From Negaprion brevirostris (Eukaryota): a stretch of 62,766 bases of DNA. The notes below the pieces were generated by a model. The model saw nothing but the letters and a program-made list of their open reading frames with translations. It was not told the DNA's origin and searched no databases. The stretch's first letter is position 1. Each line of letters starts with the position of its first letter. Made by a program: the position numbers and the translations under genes. Positions 53,126 to 62,766 of the stretch are shown piece after piece. Location: positions 14,874,977 through 14,937,742 of the forward strand of contig JARDVH010000157.1 in NCBI GenBank assembly GCA_030324005.1, in the 5' to 3' direction.

Positions 53126-53898
53126 TTAAAAACACGCAGCAGTGCTAACCCACTGTTGTCACTGAACATAAATGATTTGGTGTCAATACACCAGAGAAAA
53201 TTATATTTGTGTCAATATGATTCAAAGCAGTATGCTGTTCTGCTCAAAGTGCTCCTATTTCCAATACCAGATGGGTTTGTAACAACTGCTAATTCAACTT
53301 GGGGGTTATCTTGGCTCAAAGTCTTGGGTGAAAAAAAAACTAAATTCATATGTTACCATTGAGTGCTCTGCACAGTTCAAAAAGCAAAGCACAAAAAGTC
53401 AACATCCTTCACTAAACTCCTAAGCACCAAGCTACATACTAACTCTTCACTTATTTTCAGTTGGCTGCACCTTAAACAGAAACCTGCGGCTGCCAGGTCC
53501 TTTCATCACTTTGTACTATACCTGTGTAATGTCATTCTCTGTTGGAGAAACAACAAAACGTAGTCCACAGTTTCTGTACCTGCAATATCCTCTCTCCAGT
53601 GGGAAATGCCTCCAGAAAGTGGAGATGCAACCAGATTACCACCTGCTCCTACTGATAACACTACCAATCTGTTTCTGGCTCAAGAAATAGGAATTGCAAA
53701 GTAGGCAGTGCTCTAATGTTTTATATAAAAGATATTTCCATTGCTTCTCACTCTATTTTTGATTCCCCCAGCCTAATGTCTCTGCTGCAACGAGGATGAG
53801 TTGTTACTGACCTCATTAGCGAGAACACCAAGGATTACTAGCCAACTGTTCTGGAAGGGGGCCACTAGCAGAGGAAGGGTTGAATAAACGCGTGCAAA

Positions 53899-54175
53899 AT
53901 GTGGCACAGAGGTTAGCACTGCTGCCTCACAGCACCAGGGACCCCGGTTTGATTCCCAGCTCAAATCACTGTCTGTGCAGGGTTTGCACGTTCTGTCTGT
54001 GTCTATGTGGGTTTCCTCCGGGTGCTCTGGTTCCCTCCCACTGTCTGAAAGATGTGCTGGTTAGGTGCATTTACCCAAACAGGCACCAGAGTGTGGCGAC
54101 TAGGGGAATTTCACAATAACTTCACTGCAGTGTTAATGTAAGCCTTATTTGTGACTAATAAATAAACATTACATT
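53899..54175 (+). mobile_element. V-SINE type B
   Basis: Multi-copy similarity. Confidence 0.85.
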
Positions 54176-56087
54176 ACGATCAGGTGAGTGAAGTTTGCAC
54201 TAATCTTAGTTCTGCTCCTTCTCAGTAATGTTCAATTAATTGCGCTCACCTCGATTTTTAAAGCACTTTGTCTTTGATTAATTTTGAGTTTAGCTAGTAT
54301 GTTAAGTAAATAAAGCTCTTGGATCCACTCCATTGAGGAATTACTGGAAGAACATATCACGATCTTTCAGGTGCAAAACTGTTGTTCATTCACTACCACC
54401 TGAACAACCAAGCTGATAAAACTCTTATCCTAAACTAAATTATAAGTGCAGGGAGGCAGAAGGATATTAACCAATCCTGCAATTCACTCTCTCAGCTCCA
54501 AGGCCAGGCAGACAAACAACCTGATCTGCCAATGACCAGCTTTCCTGATTTCTCTACACCACTGGCTAGAAGCTGGCCTCTGCACACACTTCCCCGCCAC
54601 AACTATTATCAAAAATTTGCCATGCTGAGAAGTACAAACACACAATTTAACTACCAATAGTTGGACAAAGTTTTTTTTACCCTGAAAAGAAATTCAAGTG
54701 ACCATTCTTCATGTGTCAGCCTGAGTGGGGTTTTTGCACTTTAAATACATCTCCGCCAAGGTCAATCCTCGCCCATTTTGTTGCAAGTTTTAGTGAAAAT
54801 CACAGGATAAAATTGTAGGTTGAGGTGGTGCCTCTTCCAAGTAGCACATACTATTGTGAATTGTATTTCACCCCTTGCCCGCCACGGCTTAGATCATCCA
54901 ACCCCGTAAAGACTAAAACTCAAACGTAGTTCTGTTGACTCATCTACTGTACAGAAGATTTACTTGGATATGTAAATTAAGGCTAATTCTTTTCCAGGGT
55001 TACCTCAGTTACTGTCCTGCAAAATAACAATTTTACAGCACAGCATAAGAGAAGGTCATTCAGCCCATCACACCAGGGTCAACTTTTTGTAAAAAAGCCA
55101 CTTGATCAGTTCCAATTGTTTACCGCATTTAAAAGGAAAAAATGCAATGATTTTGAAAGTTCTGAATTCTCCTTTGAAAGTCACTGTTGCATCTGCTTCC
55201 ACCACTCTTTCAGGCAAAAGGCTGTGTAAAGAAAACTGTGCTCATCGGCCCTCCAATTCTTTTGCGAATTGTCTTAAATCTGGTGTTGTTTGCTTTCCCA
55301 ACACCCCCCCCCACCAACAGAAGGTTCCTCCTTATCCACGCTTACCANNNNNNNNNNNNNNNNNNNNNNNNNNNNNNNNNNNNNNNNNNNNNNNNNNNNN
55401 NNNNNNNNNNNNNNNNNNNNNNNNNNNNNNNNNNNNNNNNNNNNNNNGGCTCGAGGGGCTAGATGGCCTACTCCTGCTCCTATTTCTTACGTTCTTATGT
55501 TCACACCCATTTTCTCAAGTCTCTTCACATTCCTGAAGTCCCTCTTCCTTAATGTAATACAGTAAAGTAGGACATTTCTATCTCCAAGTTCAATTGGTAA
55601 ACTATCTTCCAGTTGGTAGCTCAGGAAGGAACTGAAGCAGGAAGTGCAACCTTGTCACTCTTAATTGCACATCAGCTGGACAATGACTCCCTTTAACCAA
55701 ATATTAAACCAACAATCACAGCTAAGTCCAAATTTGAAGCCAACATCCATACATTCTAGAAGAGGTCACTGGGTAGCAATGAGACAATATTTTTTTCTTG
55801 CCAATCTCAGGAGAAGGAAGGAAGGAAGCCAAATATTCCACCCAACCTTTGCCTCAGCTAAGATTAAATAATTCAGACTAAGTGTCCAAGTCTGGGACAT
55901 GTCTAGTTGGTAACTCTCCGTACCCATGTGATGTAATGCAATTACACATTGAATAATTGGGAGACCTGTGTGTCTCTTATGATGCTATCTTTGTACACAC
56001 TACATATTTTAAAATTTACTAATCGCAGACTTTTACAGATCATAGTGAATAGCGGAGCAGACTCAAAGTGCTGATCCTCCTGCTCCA

Positions 56088-56350
56088 GTTATTTTTATTA
56101 GTGCCAAAAGTGGGCTTCCACCATTTCATTGCAATAAAGTTGCCTTGAAAATCCTCTAGTCGCTACACTCCAGTGCAAATTTGGGTACACTGAGGGAGAA
56201 TTTAGCACAGCCAATGCACCTGACCAACACATCTTTCGGACTGTGGGAGGAAACCCATGGAGACACAGGGAGAATGTGCAGATTCTACACAGACAGTCGA
56301 ACCTAGGTCCCCGATGCTGTATGGCAGCAGTGCTAACCACTGTGCCATCC
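56088..56350 (-). mobile_element. V-SINE type B
   Basis: Multi-copy similarity. Further pieces at about 25035-25102 plus 25505-25640, 29990-30045 and 62140-62210. Confidence 0.8.
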
Positions 56351-58356
56351 ATTCTATGAAAGGTGCCGTGTCAGCTCTTTGAAAGATCACTCCAAACAGT
56401 CCAATTCACCATAGTCCTGAACATTATCGAAGTTAAAAAAAGCATTTTCTCCAACACTAGGCTCCTCCAATCACCATCTGCTCTGCCGATGACGGAGACA
56501 ATAGGTCACATTTTGGACTCCTCAGTCACCCGACAACTCATTTTTAGTGTGGAAGCATCCTCGACTCTGAGGGACTGCTGAAGTAGGAACTCAGCACAAT
56601 AAGCAGTGATCGAAACCAACCTAAAGGACATACTTCTTGAAGCCTGTAAAGACCATAGTTAACAAAAAACACAAACCATAGAAAAGTTGAGCACCATTAC
56701 TGCAATCTCATTGCTATCTCTTTAATTCTTTCATTGAAAATGCAGTACCTTACACTTATTTATCATGGTGAAATAGAAAACAGAGCTGTATTTACGTAGG
56801 ATCTCATTACATTTCACGTGTTATTCAATACCCCCAATCACAAAATATACGAAACAGGAGGATTACAACATATGGCCCAAAGCCTGCTCTGCCAGTCAAT
56901 AAGATCGTGGTTGAACTGATACGGCCTTAATGCCATTTTCCTGGCTGCTCCCTCAAATCCTCTATCAATCTAAAATCTATTTAACACATCCTTAAGCATA
57001 CTCAATAATCCAACCTCTACTGCTCACTGAGGGGGAAGAGAAACTCAGCCATCTAGACAAATTCCTTAATCATTTTGCACACATCAAAATTTCACAAAAA
57101 CAGCAGTACATTGAAGAGTTAATCAATCTGTTTTTAGCTGAGGTCAGAACATTGTTGCCCGTTCTCCCTCAAAGGTTTTGGGAGAACTTTAAGCTTTCAT
57201 CCACAACAACAGAGCCCAGCAGACAGCTTGGTTCAACATTTCATCCAGAGGACCTTGCCACCAACAATGTGGCACTCCCTCAACAGTGCAATGGAATTAT
57301 GCCTCAATTACATGCTCAATCACTACAGCAGGTCTTCAACCTACAACCAATAACTCTGAGAGGAGAATTGTACCAGCCATACAAAGCAGGCAGAGAAAAG
57401 GAAGACAAAAATGACTAGAAATCACGTAAAAACTGAATGTGCTAGAAATGTTCGGCTGGTCATCAATTAGGAGATTATAAGTGTTTACCTGTTGTGCTAA
57501 ATGCCACACTTGAAACATCACAACCTGTCTTTTCTTTTCATAGATGCTGACTTGACTAACAAATTGTATACCTCCCACAAGTTCCACTTTCACATCGATA
57601 AATCTACATCAAGAAAACAAGTCACCAACTTCATCCTTAAATATTTACCAAAGGCACCCATTCTATTGTGCTATGCATACTCAGGTCAATAAATGCTATT
57701 TCCAAAAGATTTCCTTAATTTTCTTTCATCTATATATAAGCAACTACATATCGGTATCCACTCAATCCAACCAGAATGATGAACATACAAGGATTTTAAA
57801 TTATTTTACACAAACTTGCCAACAAAGATTTTTAAATTCACAACATAGACTGAGTCGCTGGAATTCAACCACCTCTCCCACCACGGACTCAGAGCGGGCG
57901 AAGGTCCGACAACAGAAATTTCCGTTGACCTCGGGAGGGAATTTCCGGTCTCGCTCAAGTGAGGCCGTAAAATCCCTCCCTTAATATTGTAATACTACCT
58001 CTGTACTTTTTTAAGGAAAACCAGCATATTGCTGAATCAAATTGCTCACTGCAAAATTGTCCATTCTGCCACTACATATACAATGGGAGCAGTCAACTTT
58101 ATGGATTGCTGTTGAGTTGTCTTCCTATAGCAGGAAAGTCTTCTAATGGCTTCATGTCTGATTATCTCTTTTGAGTTGGCAATGGGCAATACATGCATGA
58201 CTTCCTAAATAATTAATCATTTCCTAAAGAAGAACATTCAACAATTATAACTGACTGGGAAAGTGCTTTATAACTATCTTTATAATTTATACAGGCAAAG
58301 ATTACTCAAATAACTGTCAGATACTGGTGCAAAAAAGGCAGGAAAAGTTGGATCTT

Positions 58357-58701
58357 ACAGAATCCCTTCAGTGCAGAAGAAGACCATTTGACCCATCAAG
58401 TCTGCACCAACTCTTCAACAGCACCTATCCCAGGCCAACCCTCCCCACCCTATCCCCATAACCTCACACATTCACCATGGCTAATCCCCATAATCTACAT
58501 ATCTTGGGACACTGAGGGGCAATTTAGCATAGCCAATCCACCTAACCTGCACATCTTTGGACTGTGGGAAGAAACTGCAGCTCCCGGAGGAAACCCATGT
58601 AGACACTGGGAGAATGTGCAAGCTTCACACAGACAGTGGCCCAAGGCTGGAATCGAACCTGGGTCCCTGATGCTGTTAGGCAGCAGCGCTAACTACTGGG
58701 C
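58357..58701 (-). mobile_element. HE1-like V-SINE
   Basis: Multi-copy similarity. Tail-only pieces also at about 8281-8375 (+) and 9916-10045 (-). Confidence 0.85.
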
Positions 58702-59474
58702 AGTCCTTTTGAAGACAAGATATAAATAAATCAGGCTAAAATGCAATGAATTTTCCTATGACGTTCATTGTCTATTCCTTTTTTGCAAAAAGCACCAATT
58801 TCAGTTTCCCCGATGAAGCAGGTGGACAAGACAATGAGCACCTTAGCCACGAACAAAAAGATATTTGGTCTCTCAGGTGCACTGAGTTACATCACCTCAG
58901 CCAGGCTAGCAGTAGTCCATTATCTTTGGCATTGACTATCCTAGATCAAGAGGAAAAAGAGAGAGAGAAAAGATACATCACTAGAGTTTTCTCTTTTGAA
59001 TGCTATCCAGGAATACCAGCTGTCCAATAGTCTGGTCAACACTGAGCATCTAATTTCATGACACAGTAATTGGCACCAGTGGGAAACATGTCTCAGCAGA
59101 GTCAAGTGTCTTTGTGGACGAAAGAAGGTCACTAAGATTGCCAAGGAAAAAAACATTTTCTTTGCATTCCTAAGTCAGAATTATACTTATATGTCCTTAA
59201 GTGAAAGCAAGAAGTAACAATAAGTATGTGAAAATGGTCCTATCACAAATGGAACCAAGGATAAATACATTGCAATTTTAAAGTGACTACAAAATAATTT
59301 ATATACACACTTCACAGAAGCAATTATTGCACAAACCACACAAGGAGAAATGAGGTCAAATGACCAAAGGTTAGGTCAGAGCTAGGTTTAAGGAGTGTGT
59401 TGAATGAAGAGAGATAGGTAGAGAGGCAAAGGTTTAAGGAGGTTATTCTCCAGCTTAAGGTTAAGATGATCTTA

Positions 59475-61660
59475 TAGCTGTTACAGAGACGTGATTTCAA
59501 GCAGATCAAAGCTGGGAATTAAATATTCAGAGATGTGACTTTTCATAAGAGCAGGAAGGAAGGCAAAGAGGTGGGGTAGTTTTGTTAGTACAAAATGGAA
59601 TAAGTACGATAGCAAGAAATGATCTTGGATCAGAAGATATAGAATCCAAATGGGTGGAGGTATGAAATAAGAAGGGAATGACACTGGTGGAAATAGTCCA
59701 TAGGCCCCCTAACAGTAACTGTACCGTAGGATGGAGAATAAATCAGGAAATGGCAGAGCAGCTAAACAAATACATAGTGGAAGACACTGAATACATCCCA
59801 AAATTTAAAATCATGGGGCAAAAAATGGGGGAGAAAATAACAATCACCAGAGAAAATGTACTGGGGATATTAATGGAGCTGATGGCTTGCATCCAGGATA
59901 TTGAAGTAACTACAGAAATAGTGGTGCACTGTAATCTTCCAGGAATCTTAAATTCTGAAAAAATCCCAAAGTATTTGAAAACTGCCAATGCAACACCTTT
60001 ATTCAAAAAGAGGAGGGAGACTGAAAACAAGTAACAGCTTCACTGGGAAAATATTAAGACAGTACACTATAAAGGATGTAATAGCAGAGCATTTAGAAAT
60101 GCATAATTAAATCAAGCAGAGTTGGCATGGCTTCATGAAGAGGAAATCACGCCTTACAAATTTATTAGAATTCTTTGAGGTGGTAATGAGCAGGGTAGAT
60201 AATGGAAACCAACAGATGTAATATATACTTGGATTTCCAAAAAAGTGTTCAGCAATGTACCATACACAAAAGGTCACTTAATAAGATAAGAGCCCATGGT
60301 GTTGGGAAAAGTATATTAGCATGGATACTGGATTGGCTAACTGACAGAAGACAAAGAGAGTTGGAATTAGAGGCGCACTTTCTAATGGCAATGTCTAACT
60401 AGTGGAGTGCCACAGGGATCCGTACCGGGGCCACAATTATTTACAATATACATTAATGACTTGGACAAGGGAAGTGAATATACTATTGTCAAGTTTGCGG
60501 GTGACACAAAAATAGGTGNNNNNNNNNNTACATAGGGATATAGGCAGGTTAAGTGAGTGGGCAACAACTCGGCAAATGGAATAAATGTTGGAAAATGTTA
60601 AGTTATGCACTTTGGTAGGAAGAATGACGGAGTTCAGTGTTATTTAAAGGAGAAAGACAGCAGAAAGCTGCAGTACAGAGGATTTGGGGGTCCTTGTGCA
60701 TAAATCATAAAAGCTAGCATGCAAGTTCAGTACGTAATTGTGAACGCAAATGTATTGTTGGCCTTTATTTCAAAGGGAATTGAGTATAAAAATAGGGAAG
60801 TCTTGCTAAAGATAAACAAGGCACTAGTTAGACCACACCTTCAATACTACGAACAGGTTTGGTTTGCTTATNNNNNNNNNNTGTGGAGATGCTGGCGTTG
60901 GACTGGGGTAAACACAGTAAGAAGTCTCACAGCACCAGGTTAAAATCCAACTGGTTTATTTGGTAGCAAACACCACCAGCTTTCTGGGCTCTGCCCCTTC
61001 ATCAGGTCAGTGGGGAGTTCTGATCACAAACAGGGCATACAAAGGCACACACTCAGTTTACAGAATACTGATTAAAATGCGAGTCTTTACAGCTAATCAA
61101 GTCTTAAATGTNNNNNNNNNNNNNNNNNNNNNNNNNNNNNNNNNNNNNNNNNNNNNNNNNNNNNNNNNNNNNNNNNNNNNNNNNNNNNNNNNNNNNNNNN
61201 NNNNNNNNNNNTCCTGGATATGAAGGGATTTTGCGAGGAGACATTAAACAGATTGAGCCTGTACTCATTACAGTTTAAAAGAATGAAAGGGAACTTATTG
61301 AGGCATATAGGATTTTCAGGGGCCTTGACGGGGTAGATGCTGAGAGGATGTTTCCTCTTTAGGCGAATATAGGATCAGGGGGCATAATCTCAGAGTAAGG
61401 GGTCACCCAATTAAGACAAAGGTGAGGAGGAATTTCTTCACTCAGAGGGTAGTGAACCTGTGGAATTCTTTCCCACTGAGAACTGTGTCTGAGTTAAGTG
61501 TATTAAGATAGACAGATTTTTAATCAGCAAGGAAATCAAGGATTAGGGGGATATGGCAGGAAAGTGGAGTTGAGGATATCAGTTCAGCCATGATCGTGTT
61601 GAATGGCAAAGCAGACTCGATGGGCCAAATGGTCTACTTCTGGCCCTTTGATTTATGGTC
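59475..61660 (+). mobile_element. Decayed CR1-clade LINE (ORF2 remnants to 3' tail), intron 1
   Basis: Frame from 60401 reads [39 protein letters not shown] (RT core, FADD changed to FAGD). Also TANATPLFKK, IYLDFQK and ALVRPHLQY. Many stops and deletions. Confidence 0.9.
60883..61091 (-). mobile_element. Penelope-like terminal-repeat fragment inserted in a CR1 LINE
   Basis: Same family as 50647-50793, with a degenerate hammerhead core on the minus strand (60974-61008). Bounded by N gaps. Confidence 0.6.
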
Positions 61661-61950
61661 TAAAGATCAAGACAGCTGGAGGCAAGGCCAGAAATGGCTA
61701 GGCAAAGGAAATCTGCAAAACACAAGAGGCCCAATTTGAAGGAATGCAGAAATCTTGAAGGATTGTAAATCTGGGGGCAGTTACAGAAATACACAAAGAG
61801 GGTGAGGCAATGGATGGGTTTGAAGACAAGAATTAAAATATGAAAATTGTGGCATGGCTGGACTGGAAGCCAAAATAGGTCATCAAGCTCAGGGGTAATG
61901 GTTGAACAGGACTTGACAGGAAACCTGTGGAGAGCATGCTGGGCACCCAA

Positions 61951-62080
61951 GAGAGTGGCTCTGACAAAGGGTCATCCTGATGTTGGCTCTATTCTCTCTC
62001 CACAGATGCTGTCAGATCTGCTGAGATTTTCCAACATTTTCTGCTTTTGTTTCAGATTCCAGTATGCACAGTATTTTGCC
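61951..62080 (+). mobile_element. Second Penelope-like family fragment
   Basis: ctctgacaaagggtcatcc..ttggctctattctctccacagatgctgtcagatctgctgagattttcc is shared with the 27297 and 5257 copies. Confidence 0.55.
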
Positions 62081-62349
62081 TTGAACGTTGGAATAGTCAA
62101 GTCTAGAGATGAACGTTAAAGGTGTTCTGTCAAGGCAACTGTTAATTTACTGGTGCCACACTGGCTTACATTAACATAGCAATGAAGTTACTATGAAAAT
62201 CCCCTAGCATGGGGGGGGTGGGGAAGAGTTTTTCCTTGATGAATAACAGCTGTGTGCTGGAGGTTGATCGAGCCGGCAGCCTACACTTACTTCACTAGGT
62301 CAGTAAACACCTGTACAGGTTTGTACACTCTGTGCCAAGGCTGTTGTCA

Positions 62350-62766
62350 GAGCGATGGCTGACGGGAGTTGTAGTTCGACTGCCCGCGCCTTTGAACGTC
62401 CACCACTCATGGCCGCCCGCGCCCAGAACTACTACTCCCAGCGTCCCCCGCCAGCTGCCGCACATGCGCATCGCACTCCGCCCACATCCCCAATGCTCTC
62501 AGGCCAAAACAGTTCCCTGCCCCGATCATCAACCCAGCTCTCACTCCCCAACACCACCACGCCTATCTCTCTGCCCACCGATGTCAATGGCGAAACTCTT
62601 GGCATTCTCCAAGGTGCGGAAAATCTCGTCCGGCGGCAGCGTGATGCTCTTGTCCAGGCCGTCCCGCGCAGAGCGGGACGTTCGCACACCCCCAGCCGCC
62701 TTCGTGCAATCCGCCGCCATTACCGTTCCCACAGCACCCTGCGTCACACGTAAGCTTTGCGCCATA
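62350..62766. promoter_or_regulatory. CpG-island-like 5' region of PANK4 with ZNF143/THAP11-type, NRF1-like, GC-box, CRE-half-site and YY1-like motifs
   Basis: CpG density is visibly high relative to the rest of the window. Motifs: ACTACAACTCCC (minus, 62364-62375), ACTACTACTCCCA (plus, 62428-62440), CGCACATGCGCA (62459-62470), CCGCCC (62478-62483), TGACGCA upstream of the ATG, and ATGGCGG overlapping the start codon. Confidence 0.7.
62579..62720 (-). CDS. PANK4: PANK4 coding exon 1 ([48 protein letters not shown])
   Basis: ATG in good Kozak context (gtaATGG). [20 protein letters not shown] matches PANK4. Donor G|GTGGGC is phase 1. An in-frame upstream ATG at 62765 makes the start slightly uncertain. 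Confidence 0.9.

Larger units (their letters stand above)
59320..61930 (-). mobile_element. L2-clade fragment split by the CR1 insertion (parts about 59320-59465 and 61665-61930)
   Basis: Both parts are reverse-complement similar to 52590-52870 and are colinear across the CR1. Minus ORF has ITPELDDLFWLPV..FHILILVFK. Confidence 0.7.

Noticed and set aside
59475-61660. Reverse transcriptase as a functional or novel RT system
   Set aside because: Ordinary dead CR1 with frameshifts, stops, large deletions and FADD changed to FAGD.
62355-62753. 132-aa plus-strand ORF antisense to exon 1
   Set aside because: Expected by-product of GC-rich, stop-poor sequence opposite a coding exon; no recognisable domain.

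Overview
Eukaryotic (vertebrate) genomic DNA, not prokaryotic. The repeat landscape (HE1-like V-SINEs, Deu-domain SINEs, CR1 and L2 LINEs, Penelope-like pieces) points to a cartilaginous fish, probably a shark, in a gapped draft assembly. The window holds one complete gene on the minus strand, PANK4. I assembled 19 GT-AG coding exons by hand from ATG 62720 to TGA 4289: 2334 nt, 777 aa plus stop, with consistent phases and no gap inside any exon. Unlike the human pseudokinase, this PANK4 keeps both catalytic kinase residues (E151, R215) as well as the DUF89 phosphatase metal ligands, so it looks like a true bifunctional kinase/phosphatase. The introns are filled with decayed and often nested transposable elements. 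Non-coding highlights are minimal hammerhead-ribozyme motifs in Penelope-like fragments (one near-intact at 50698-50732), a decayed tRNA-Gly(TCC) gene, a promoter-motif cluster plus a strong spare splice donor inside intron 1, and tandem splice donors after exons 3 and 5. Exon coordinates are base-exact. Repeat boundaries and family names are approximate and were recognised by eye, without database searches. Comparisons with human PANK4 are from memory.
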